Assembly (NCBI GenBank): GCA_951406725.2
Contig: OX597828.1
Location: forward strand, 15,252,001 to 15,316,000
Length of the DNA stretch: 64,000 bases
Reading direction: 5' to 3'
From: Octopus vulgaris
Lineage: Eukaryota
Each line of letters starts with the position of its first letter. Within the stretch, counting starts at the first letter, position 1. The notes beneath the pieces were generated by a model. The model saw nothing but the letters and a program-made list of their open reading frames with translations. It ran no database searches and had not been told where the DNA came from. Shown piece after piece: positions 40,857 through 49,423 of the stretch. Both the position numbers and the translations under genes were made by a program.

Positions 40857-42470
40857 ACACACAGGTATTGCTTTCGATAAGAATCCGGTGTATATAAAAT
40901 GCAATAGTTTTTTTATGAAATCCAATAAATATAAAGGGTAATATCTTGTGTGAGATCCAGTGATTGTATCAGTTTATCAAATTATTCTATAATTGACAGA
41001 GACACTAGAGTGTTAACATGAACAAAGATAGGATATTACTGCTATAAGGAAAGTGGTTATGCTTGACAAGCACTAAAAGTACAGGTAGAAATTTCATAGG
41101 TGTACTTTCATTGTAAACAATAGACAGACAAGAGGTACAGGCAGGATGACAAGGAAAGTAGATTTTGTATGTGATAGATGAACAGGAGTAGTTTACAGCA
41201 AAAGTATGAGAAATATTGCTTCAAATTCTCAGAAGACTACTTAAAAGTAGTTGATAGCTTTGGTAGTTAGATGACCTAATTTAGCAGTGGGGATGGGTGC
41301 TCTGAAAGCATAGTTGCCAGAGTGAGAACAGGATGGAAAAAAATTCAGCACGCCCTTACGGCTACTGGTAACAAATTGTTTCACTATCAGAGCAAAGAAC
41401 ATATTATATGATGCAGTATGGTAGCAAGATATGTGTGTCTGTTTTGAATGTAGAGGTTGGAAGGAATTGAGGTGAGTATGTTCCACTGGATGTGTAGAAT
41501 TGCTGTTTCATGAACTATGGAGCACAAATGGTTTGAGAGAAAAAACCCCGGGTAAATGGGGAATCAGCTGTAGTGTGCAAAAAAGATAACAAAGCTGGTG
41601 TGGATATACAATGAGTACAGAAAGTACCACTTATACAAAGAGGCACCAGTTATATTGGCAGCAATAACATTGCATTTGTTCTATCTGTGTTCTGCCCGAT
41701 ATTCTGTATTGCTAACCATCACTCTGTCTACCTCTCTCCTCATATCACTTATCCATTATTATAAATTACTCCCTTTCCTTTACCCTCATCCATCTTCATT
41801 ACTTTCACTCCTCTCCCCACACGCTCTCTCTCTCTCTCTCCAGTCAGACACTTCTATCATTCTGGCTATTTTCCATTACTCTCCTTGCTATCACCCTCAG
41901 GTTCTGGTCCTCTACCATCACTCTCTCCTCAACCTGCTGGAACAAGACAAGTGTCTGGTGCTAGTGAACAAACACATAGGAACAACATAAAATAGAGAGA
42001 GAATTCTTTAGTCTTGCAAGGGACAAAGCAATCTCTCTAGTATTGGTGCCATAATAAAATGCATCCAGTACACTCCATAAAGTGGTTGGTGAGCAAGCAG
42101 AAACAACATACAGTAGAGAAGACTCTTTAGTCTCGCACAGAGCATGACCTCACTATTACTGGTGTTACAGTAAAATACACCCAACACAATCAGTAAAGCA
42201 ATGGGCAACAGGAAGGGCATCCAACCATAAAAAAAAATGCCAAAATGTAACAAGAGTGAAGTCTGATATCCAACACATCTAGGAGGGCAGTAACTCTTAA
42301 AAAGACCTGACTTGGTATATGACAATCTGTCCAACCAATACCAGCTTGCAAAAGCTGAAGTATAAATGATGCTGCTGCTGATGATGATGAGGAGGAGGAG
42401 GAAGTACAGATGATAAATATCTTACCTCAGCAGTTTCATCAAAGTCCTTATAAAAACTCAATGATTCCAT
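3592..42470 (-). CDS. ANO: Anoctamin/TMEM16-family protein, 5' part of a spliced gene (8 exons in window, 3' end outside window)
   Basis: Manual splicing at GT-AG sites gives a continuous 224-codon frame: MESLSFYKDFDETAE|GRKLYFEDGVRRIDYIIAW...KKEFLELEVDT|SDSEIHFMKIHAPFKVLCRYAELLKLKVPMKE|TPELLHFAKQYDEQ|AK|QVVKGDG...CPFSRDKDYL|FAYPE...RTRIVDYILRRT...SCG|IKKMISDGYYVSAFPLHE. Motif order matches the anoctamin N-terminal domain (ANO1-type YFRDGxRxxDxxLVY, FVKIHAPWxVLCxxAE, PFSREK, R.xIVxxIL.R, AAYPLHDG). The paralogue cannot be assigned by eye. Confidence 0.93.
5343..5461 (-). CDS. ANO: Anoctamin exon, 119 nt, FAYPENHEAIFSQGMRTRIVDYILRRTSFGDKDAESYSC
   Basis: ttttccag| acceptor, G|gtaaat donor, phase 2-1 fits both neighbours, and the R.RIVDYILRR motif. 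Confidence 0.94.
8414..8702. mobile_element. MITE with CAGGGCTGTGGAGT TIRs and internal GGAGTC repeats (hAT-like)
   Basis: 5' CAGGGCTGTGGAGT and 3' ACTCCACAGCCCTG, inserted in a (GT)-rich tract. Confidence 0.8.
9311..9606. repeat. (GAT)n plus purine-rich GA tract
   Basis: About 290 bp strongly G/A-skewed on the + strand. Confidence 0.85.
9768..9922 (-). CDS. ANO: Anoctamin exon, 155 nt (152 nt with the distal NAGNAG acceptor), QVVKGDG...CPFSRDKDY
   Basis: Poly-T tract plus tag|cag| acceptor, |gtaagt donor, phase 0-2, and the PFSRDK motif. Confidence 0.93.
10111..10850 (+). mobile_element. Decayed RTE-like LINE fragment interrupting a TTAA-type MITE
   Basis: LLYSADAWTIRKQDLNKFEVFQMWCL..ILGVS is an RTE-type post-RT motif. 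MITE halves lie at ~9980-10110 and ~10850-10960. Confidence 0.6.
11349..11760 (+). mobile_element. CR1-clade LINE 3' end, same family as 62522-62978
   Basis: The ORF remnant (KHFFTLRVAEVWNKL) and 3' UTR are clearly homologous to the 62.5 kb copy. Confidence 0.85.
13196..13537 (+). mobile_element. tRNA-derived CORE-like SINE family C (representative copy)
   Basis: A box TGGCTCAGTGG, B box GAGTTCAAATCC, core gtgttcttgagcaagacact. Related copies: ~12001-12256(-), 12286-12590(+), 29610-29897(-), 49825-50152(-), 58540-58800(+). Confidence 0.85.
14160..14343. mobile_element. hAT (Charlie-like) MITE
   Basis: TIRs CAGTGCTTTTCAA / TTGAAAACCATTG with an imperfect 8-bp TSD ttctagag / cactagag. Confidence 0.75.
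14440..14985 (-). mobile_element. RLE-type (R4/Dong/NeSL-like) non-LTR retrotransposon 3' relic
   Basis: Minus strand gives ILGDF..TDK, NK.DII.DK..CLLID..P.D, KY.PL..EI.RIW, VVPVLFG..GSV and LLLK.CLL.T.KIIRRVL, the restriction-like endonuclease C-terminus. Confidence 0.7.
17318..17507 (+). mobile_element. Short CR1-like LINE 3' end (second family)
   Basis: RVADPWNKLPDEIV...FKVSLD..W* followed by a short UTR and an (AACTT)n tail. Confidence 0.7.
17724..19012 (-). mobile_element. Degenerate mariner (Tc1/mariner) DNA transposon with a SINE inserted at ~17754-18160
   Basis: TA-bounded imperfect TIRs (TACAAGGT..GTTCCT.GA.T at both ends). The minus strand encodes WILHNDNAPCH, SPDLAP, FP.MKMQLKG and GYFKG transposase remnants with stops and frameshifts. 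Confidence 0.88.
21164..21300. mobile_element. Small palindromic TTAA-flanked (piggyBac-like) MITE inserted in a SINE
   Basis: TTAA-CCTTTAGCAT...ATGCTAAAGG-TTAA with internal complementarity (gagttttctcc / ggagaaaactc). Confidence 0.7.
21716..21721 (-). CDS. ANO: Candidate 6-nt microexon GCTAAG (Ala-Lys) of the anoctamin gene
   Basis: Minus strand reads ctttttatctttttattttgcatgtag|GCTAAG|gtgagt: long U tract, consensus donor, phase 0-0 inside a phase-0 intron. Confidence 0.65.
22624..22770. repeat. (ATT)n/(AAT)n/(GAT)n microsatellite
   Basis: Direct inspection. Similar AAT arrays occur at 35521-35606 and 44704-44942. Confidence 0.95.
23979..24384 (+). mobile_element. tRNA-derived SINE family A (representative full copy)
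   Basis: A box TGGCTG..TGG, B box GGTTCAGTCC, internal (TA/TG)n, tail ggcggtgctccagcatggcc..gactgaaacaagtaaaagag. Other copies: ~2660-3037(-), 5736-6151(+), 16377-16780(+), 17754-18160(-), 27140-27480(-), 27963-28684(-), 28731-29148(+), 39381-39765(-). Confidence 0.9.
25197..25456. mobile_element. hAT MITE
   Basis: TIRs CAGTGATTCTCAAC / GTTGAGAGCCACTG with a perfect 8-bp TSD CTCTACAT. Confidence 0.85.
28253..28489 (+). mobile_element. LINE ORF2 C-terminus and 3' tail (L2/CR1 group) inserted in a SINE microsatellite
   Basis: KLDLFLSGVPDEP..RAAASNSLMHQ* followed by the tail ggcggtgccccagcatggccacag..ctgaaac and (AATC)n. Confidence 0.7.
30990..32030 (+). mobile_element. Decayed, internally deleted Penelope-like retroelement (Naiad-like RT plus GIY-YIG remnants)
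   Basis: Fragments PKSRLINPSKSDFG, NLWNNTASVI, CRYIQYAI..YFCSI, YIQTQSNHP, KRNILWYNPPYNINV, YTGLT..FK and TTLSTYIWK occur in the expected order. Confidence 0.75.
32200..33170 (+). mobile_element. Highly decayed CR1/L2-group LINE reverse-transcriptase fragment
   Basis: Remnants AFNR..HG, LYDFLKG..Q...VN, (V)PQGT..G.LLF and S.IDD.KV with many frameshifts. Confidence 0.6.
33183..33337 (+). mobile_element. RTE-related 3' tail repeat family D (representative copy)
   Basis: tggcgttaggaagggcatccagc..catgctagcatggaaagcggacgttaaa(tga)n. Copies at ~460-670, 6380-6575, 7090-7275, 20160-20315(-), 29377-29524(-), 47550-47700, 63940-64000(-). Confidence 0.8.
36300..36437 (+). mobile_element. Mariner transposase N-terminal HTH fragment
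   Basis: Translates TETAVMLQTAYKDAAMSKTQV*E*F..FRSG..EDQPHSGQLSTS, resembling the mariner HTH/GRP region. Confidence 0.7.
36747..36788 (-). CDS. ANO: Anoctamin short exon, 42 nt, TPELLHFAKQYDEQ
   Basis: Strong U-rich tract ttctttttaatttttag|, donor CAG|gtaata, phase 0-0, no stops. It falls in the variable linker, so there is no motif support. Confidence 0.72.
36873..37160 (-). mobile_element. Helitron-like element copy, inverted relative to 49119-49423
   Basis: About 200 bp closely match the reverse complement of 49197-49400. Terminal hairpin ACTAGCACTATGAC..GGC aac GCCGGGTCATAATGCTAGT. Confidence 0.55.
37602..37697 (-). CDS. ANO: Anoctamin exon, 96 nt, SDSEIHFMKIHAPFKVLCRYAELLKLKVPMKE
   Basis: tttcag| acceptor, |gtaaat donor, phase 0-0, and the KIHAP..VLC.YAE.LKLK.P motif. 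Confidence 0.95.
37908..38357. repeat. Degenerate (GGT/GAT)n trinucleotide tract in the 686-bp intron
   Basis: Direct inspection. It produces the spurious His/Thr- and Gly/Asp-rich ORFs. Confidence 0.9.
38384..38536 (-). CDS. ANO: Anoctamin exon, 153 nt, GRKLYFEDGVRRIDYIIAW...ELEVDT
   Basis: Pyrimidine tract plus ttag| acceptor, |gtaagt donor, phase 0-0, and the hallmark FxDGxRRIDY motif. Confidence 0.95.
38560..38640 (-). pseudogene. Decayed partial duplicate of the 37602-37697 exon and its acceptor
   Basis: Aligns to 37646-37712 (aaactttgaatg-tgcatggattttc-taaaatg...gaatcact-tgaaaca) with an ~11-nt insertion and the acceptor CAG changed to CAA. Confidence 0.75.
38797..39026. mobile_element. 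TTAA-flanked MITE family
   Basis: TTAA-TCCTTTCATTAC...GTAACAAAAGGG-TTAA. Related copies lie at ~2012-2150 and ~9980-10960. A second TTAA family occurs at ~22013-22235 and ~42625-42770. Confidence 0.65.
40381..40454 (+). ncRNA. Type I hammerhead-ribozyme-like motif (Penelope-associated type) in the right arm of a palindrome
   Basis: GATAA-CTGAAGA-GATG..CATCC-GAAA-CTCAGAG-TT-TTATC. Both core boxes are intact, stem I is GATAA/TTATC, stem III is short and palindromic, and the cleavage triplet is GUU. Stem II needs a 1-nt bulge. Confidence 0.55.
40546..40863. repeat. Compound (TA)n/(CA)n microsatellite
   Basis: Direct inspection. A mirror-type (TG/TA)n tract at ~40120-40249 lies on the other side of the palindrome. 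Confidence 0.95.
42426..42470 (-). CDS. ANO: Anoctamin probable first coding exon (exon 42426-42484, ATG at 42470): MESLSFYKDFDETAE
   Basis: Acceptor tttcag| at 42485 and donor GAG|gtaag at 42425. Ends in phase 0 and joins the GRKLYFEDG exon in frame. The start codon assignment is an inference. Confidence 0.72.
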
Positions 42471-43043
42471 ACTGTCCAAAAATTCTGAAATAAACAGATA
42501 TTATGAATTTAAAATCCTTTTCAGAAGAAAATTTCACGGAAATATGTAACATAAATGTGGGTAAGATTAACTTTGTTATTGTAATTTATTTTTCCTACAC
42601 TGATGAGTCAAAAGAATCTTATTATAACCCTTAGCATTCTGATTTCTATATCAAATGCAATACTTATTTATTCACATTGTTTTGAATTAATCATGCATTA
42701 CCTTGTTGATCTGAGATTTTGATGATGTGATTGCTTATTTTTAGAATAACATTAAAGCATAGGTGATATTAATCAAATTAATATTATTCAATTTTTCATT
42801 TTAAATTATTTTAAATGATATCTATATATGTATGTATGTATATGTTTGTGTGTCTGTGTATGGCCCCCCCAACATCGCTTAACAACTGATGCTGGTGTGT
42901 TTACGTCCCCGTAACTTAGTGGTTTGGCAAAAGAGACCAATAGAATAAGTACTAGGCTTACAAAGAATAAGTCCTGGGGTCAATTTGCTTGACTACAGGT
43001 GGTGCTCCAGCATGGCCACAGTCAAATGATTGAAACAAATAAA

Positions 43044-43084
<41 letters not shown>

Positions 43085-44307
43085 ACCTCATGGAGACAAT
43101 AGCAAATGACTAAGGCCTTTGGCAATATGCTGTGCTTGAGAAGGAAGATCCATCAAGCCAAATGAAATTGTAGTCATGGCAGATACTGTGCCACACAACT
43201 GGTACCCATTATATTCTCAGAGTGGTTGGCATTAGGAAGGGCATCCAGCCATAGAAATCATACCAAACCAGACAAGAGCCTGGTGGAGCCTCTTAGCTTA
43301 CAAGGCAAATGTAAGATGTATTACAGAACAAATGTTTTAATAAATGTTTGATGTGACTTGATAAATGTTTTTCATCAGCTTACCAATATTATCAGTGTAT
43401 GAGGACATAGGTTGGCTAACATCAAGCAGCTCATGGTCAGTACTTGAACTCATTTTGTCTGTTCTGGATTCAGAAAAGAAAGAGAATTATGAATAAATAA
43501 GTAAACAATAGTAACAATAAAATAAGAAGAACAAGAAAAAGAAGAACCCTTTCTGTTATGGGTACAAGGTTGGAAATTTTGTTGGGGAAAGGGTTAGTTG
43601 ATTACATCAACCTTGGTACTTGAACTGGTACTTATTGGCCCTGAAAAGTGGAAAAGCAAAATTGGCCTCAGCAGAATAAAGTTGCATTTAGCAGAATTTG
43701 AACCAAGACCGTAATGCTGGAAGAAATGTCACTAAGATTTTATATGGCATGGGAATGATTCTGACAGCTTGCCACTTTAACAAGAACAACAATAGCAGCA
43801 GTGGTAGCAGTGTCAGCCATTCAAGAATTTGGACCTGGAGATCTCCATTTCCAGCAACTTCGAGGGCCACCTCTCAGTGGTGTCGGGCATCAACGAAGAG
43901 CCCTCGACTACAACAAGACGACCAAAGTTTTTTTTTTCCAAGGTCTGGGGTCTCCCGGCCCTAAGCCCTAGACCATCACCTAATCACCCTTACCCATCTT
44001 GTTGCTTAACAACAACAACAACAACAACGGCAGCAGCAGCATCAACAACAACAACACTCTCTACTGTAGGCACAAGGCCTGAAATTTTGTGGGAGGGGGG
44101 CCAGTTGATTAGATCGACCCAGTATGTAACTGGTACTTAATTTATCAACCCCTGAAAGGATAAAAGGCAAAGTTGACCTCAGTGGAATTTGAACTCAGAA
44201 TGCAGTGACAGGCAAAATACTGCTAAGCATTTCGCATGGCATGCTAATTATTCTGCTAGCTAACAATTCTGCCAACAATAATAATAATAATAATAATAAT
44301 ATGACAG

Positions 44308-44700
44308 AGAATAAGCATTTTGAGAGAAAATTTGGATATAAGAGGCATTAGATGTGGTGTGCAAGAGAGATGACTGCACTGGTATGGTCATGTGAGGTGT
44401 ATGGATGAGGACAGCTGTGTAAAGAAGTGCCAATCTATAACTGTAGAGGGAAACTACAGTAAAGGTAGACCCAGGAAGACATGAGAAGAGATGGTGAAGT
44501 ATGATCTTCAAACTTTGGGCACTGTGGAGTGACTAGTGACTGAACCATTGGTGATATGCTGTACTTGAGAAGACCTGTCAAGCCAAGTAAAACTGTAGTC
44601 ATGGCACCTGTGCTGGTAGCATGTAAAAGCACCCATTACATTCTCAGAATGGTTGGCATTAGGAAGGGCAGCCCATTCCAGCATGGACAATGAACATTAC
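44308..44700 (+). mobile_element. RTE-like LINE 3' region
   Basis: LRE.LDIRGIRCGVQER*LHWYGHV..MDED..VK...EG...GRPRKT, followed by the common tggcattaggaagggca..gcatgga tail. A related fragment lies at ~41255-41635. Confidence 0.7.
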
Positions 44701-44796
44701 AGGAATAATAATAATAATAATAGTAATAATAATAATAATAAAAATAATAACAATAATAATAATAAAAATAATAATAATAATAATAAAAATAATAAC

Positions 44797-44852
<56 letters not shown>

Positions 44853-44912
44853 CCAAGGGACACAGAGCTGCGCTCGGTAGTGAAGTGAAAGCACGCTATA
44901 AAAATAAAACTA

Positions 44913-44946
<34 letters not shown>

Positions 44947-46349
44947 GCCATGATGTAGTACCAGGCAGTGGCTCTCGTGGCTTTTGATCTTAACTGATTG
45001 GAAGTGTTATCATGTACATTGTTTTGTCGTGGTATAAAAGATGGGCTACATCAAATATTCTGCTCAATAGATTTGTTTGTCAGTTGTTTGACTGTAACCA
45101 GTTGAGCATGTCTCTTAATGGCTGACGATATGTGTTGAGAGGGATTCTTTGGGGTTTGTATAATTCACCTCTGGAGACATAGGTGTTTCATTCAACATCC
45201 TTAAACAACCCTTGTTCAGGGACCTTTTGAGCAGGATGGGTTACTCGACCAGAAGAAAATTCTAACTGCAAGATCATGTGCTGTTTATCTTGATATGAGA
45301 TCACCATGTTGCGCACATATGGTTGTGATGCGTGTACCTAGTGTACCCTTATCAGACGGGTAGTCATGATGGCAAGGTTGCGCACATATGGTTGTGATGC
45401 ATGTGTCTAGTGTACCCTTATCAGACGGGTAGTCATGAAAGGCAAGGTTGATCTTAGTTGGGATTTGAACTCAGACGATATAGAGCTAGAATAAACACTT
45501 CAATTCACCACCCTGAAATCTTTTCTAATATAAGCACAAGTAAGGTGGTGAACTGGTAGAATTGTTAGCATGCTGTGTGAAATGCTTAAGGAGCTAAACA
45601 TAGAGGGGACAAACAAGGACAGACAAAAATGACTGGGCTTCGTATATTTTACCCCAGTGTCATTTTGATGGCATGCACTGCTCGCTCACTTGATAAAAAT
45701 AATAATAACAATAATGATAATAAGCTTATTATTTACAATGCTCAGGTGCACCATAACATGTCAGAAAAGAATAAAAGAGGGTAGAGAAAGCAGTAATAAG
45801 TCAAGAAAAGAAAGACAGCAATAAAAGCCAGAAATACATGCACAGTATACAGAATAAAACACAAAAGACAGAAAAATGAACCGTAAAAGAGCCATAAAGA
45901 GGAAAGCAAAGACAGATACATCAGGAGTAGAGTTGACATATTTGAGGCCACATGGAAGTTTTGAAAGATGTAGTGTCCTAGCAACTAATTCGGTTAGTTT
46001 ATTCCATGTGTCAACAATTCAGGGTGTGAGACAGTGTTTCCAAAAGTCATGGGTGCCACCCTGTTGTTTTTGAAACTCGTGAAATAATTGCAAATTAAGT
46101 TTAATTGATTTTTACATCCTTGAATGACTGACTATACTTTAAAACTACTAATTAAGTTTTTCTTTCCCTTTAATTATAAATAGCTCCTGAGATCCCAAAG
46201 GAGCATATAAGAGCTTTCCCTCTGAACCAGTTTTGTAGTATTAAGTACTCAAAAGACAAATATCTTCTTTGATGGGATACTGGTCTCTTTCAGTTAACAT
46301 TCCCTGATATTTTGCTAATTGTTCCTTATAGTCACTAAAAGAGACTATC

Positions 46350-46848
46350 TACCGTAAATCCTCAAGTATAATACGCAGGGGATTTTTAGGGGGCTGTACC
46401 TCTGAAAAACCTAAACCTTGTGTATAATACGCACCCCTTCTCTAACTTGAGTCAAGGTTGTCTATATAACGTCCTTGGTTTGTAAAAATGTATACGGTAA
46501 CGTACTTTATTATTATTGTACATATAACATAATGCAAACGTGTAGCTTTTTTGTGCATTTTGTTCACAGAAAATAAAGAAATAACAGTAATAACGTTTAA
46601 TAAATGTTGCTTACTGCAAGTTATGGATGATTCTTTTATGACTTCATTGCTTTCAGGCTTAGCTTAAGGTATTTTTGTGTCCAACATCATAAAATGCATC
46701 TAAATAAACATTGCCAGACAACAAATAGAGACTCGGACATTACTTAGAAAATATTTTTCATTTTTAACCTCATATATAGTACGCACTACGAATTTTTACC
46801 TTTAAATTTTGGGAAAACATTGCAGATTATACTTGAAGATTTACGGTA
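46350..46848. mobile_element. TA-flanked MITE (Tc1/mariner-pogo type)
   Basis: TIRs TACCGTAAATCCTCAAGTATAAT / ATTATACTTGAAGATTTACGGTA. Confidence 0.85.
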
Positions 46849-49118
46849 ATTGCTTGACCTGCTAGAAATAACAGCCAAATTTCCATCATATCATTAACGA
46901 AAAAGAGAACACGATGATAATATAATCTTTGATAAACTGTAGCTGAACAAAAAATGGCATGGTCATAGCAGGAATGATTTTAATCATCTGTTGACTTAAT
47001 TAGAGCTGACCTAGAGAGAAAAATACCACAAATGGAAGCCTGTATGTGGTCACTAAACCTGCAAGAAATAGCAACCAAATCTCCTCAGATCACACCTTAC
47101 TATTTAAAAGAAATAATATATTAGTCAATATATAAAAAGACGGAATGGTCATGGCAGGGGTTGGTGGCGACCCCTGTTGTTCTCTTTTGCCACAACTTTC
47201 TCTTACTCTCTCTTTCTATTTCTTGTGTAACACTGCGATGTTCTGGCGTCCCGTCCAGCTGGGGGGAACACATACGCCACAGAAACCAGGAAACTGGGCC
47301 CATGAGCCTGGTTAGGCTTGAAAAGGGCGAAAAAGAGAACGATGTACTAAAATTACAATAATCTTGGATAGTTGTAACTGCCTCTCCTAAAAAGTCTCAA
47401 AACTTCTGGAATACACCTTGTACATCAATAAAATGTATTTAGCTAGATCTCCAGTTACAGTTAGGTACACAGAGTAATTAAGCTAGCATAGATTATTATT
47501 ATTATTATTATTATTACCACTACTACTATTATTATTATTATTATTATTTTGGCGTTAGGAAGGGCATCCAGCCATAGAAACACTGCCAGATCTGACTAGG
47601 CCTGATGAAGCCTTCCGGCTTCACAGACCCCAGTTGAACCGTCCAAGCCATGCTAGCATGGAAAACGGACGCTAAACGATGATGATGATGATGATGATGA
47701 TTATTATTATTATTATTATTATTGAAAGGTAGTGGATGACATCTCTGATTGGTTGATAGACTGATAGACAAAATGTAGTGTTGATATTTAGTCATGTCCT
47801 TTGTATTCTGTGTTCACATTCTGCCAAAGTCGACTTTGCCTTCAGCTGTTCAGGGGTTGATGAATAAATGTTAATCAAGTACTAGAGCATTAACTAAATT
47901 AATTACACCCACTCACAACATGTGTGACCGTGTGTTGGTGACAGGTTGATAAAATCATTAGAGTATTCAACAAAATTCCTTGTGACATTTGTTCAGTTCT
48001 TTATGTTCTGAGTTCAAACCCCATTGAGGTGAACTTTGACTTTCATTCTTCTAATGAGTTTAATAAAGTAAATTATTAGTCATGTACTACTCCCTCTACT
48101 CACAAAAGTCTTAGGCCCTGTGCTTATACTGGTTTCATATTTTGGCATAGGGACAGCAGTTTCAGAGGAGAGGTTAAGTTGATTACATTGACCCTAGTGT
48201 TCAACTCTACATATTTTGACCCTAGTGTTCAACTCTACATATTTTGACCCTAAAAGGATGAAAAGCAAAGTTGACATCAGTGGAATTTGAACTCAGAATG
48301 TAAAGACAGATGGCAAGCTGGCAGATATGTTAGCACGCCGGGTAAAATGTTTAGTGGTATTTCGTCTGCTGCTACATTCTGAGTTCAAATTCCGTCGAAG
48401 TCAACTTTGCCTTTCGTCCTTTTGGGCTCGATAAATTAAGTACCAGTTGCACACTGGGGTCGATATAATCGACTTAATCTTTTTGTCTGTCCTTGTTTGT
48501 CCCCTCTATGTTTAGCCCCTTAAGCATTTCACCCAGCATGCTAACAATTCTACCAGTTCACCACCTTACTTGTGCTTATATTAGAAAAGATTTCAGGGTG
48601 GTGAATTGAAGTGTTTATTCTAGCTCTATATTATCTGAGTTCAAATCCCAACTAAGATCAACCTTGCCTTTCATCCTTCCAGGGTTGATAAAATAAAATA
48701 CCAACCAGCTGCCTTAAGGTAGTATAATGGGCTCGTTCACTCCCCTCAAATTCGAAATCTTGTATCTATGTAAGAAATCATTAGTATTACTATTATTCAC
48801 CTGTATTTCATTGTAACTACGTCCTACAATTTAATCATTACCTACAGATGTTACACTTACCTTAGAAGTCAACACTTTACCTACCTTTTCCCAATCAATA
48901 CTCTAACCGCTTTTTGATTTTATGTCTGAAACCAACTCGCCTAACATCACTAAAGACTTTGGTAGAAACAACAATATCACAACTTGCTAGCTATTTCCTT
49001 CTCCTCCCTAAAAACATCTCAGGCATGCTTCAAGTCTATATAACAAACAAAATATTTGTCACTCTCACAGTCATTTCCTTTTGCCTAGCTCTCAAGTGTA
49101 TAGCATTTTTCAACACAA

Positions 49119-49423
49119 TCTCTCTATATATAAATGGCAAAATGTCTGCGTGCGTGTCCTTTATACAAATCCACAATTTTTCAGTTAGAGGGCTTACACT
49201 TTCTATGGTCATTCAAAACCGTCCAAAGGTGGTCGTGCACATCTTTACATTTCCCCCAGTCACCCCGCAAAGCCATTAAAAAATCAATAGAAGTGACTTT
49301 ATTGTGAATTTTCTATCCAAAACCCAATCAAAATGCCCGAAACTTGATATGCCAATTGAATGCCAGCTAGCTGTATGTGATTGGTCAGAGATTTGGACAG
49401 TGTTGCCGGGTCATAGTGCTAGT
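49119..49423 (+). mobile_element. Non-autonomous Helitron-like element
   Basis: Starts A|TC(TC)TATATATAA and ends gccgggtcatagtgCTAG|T. An inverted homolog lies at 36873-37160. Confidence 0.55.

Noticed and set aside
40071-40941. Overlapping CV/YI/HT ORFs
   Set aside because: Dinucleotide microsatellite artefacts.
44636-44920. Poly-N/I/Y/L ORFs
   Set aside because: (AAT)n microsatellite.
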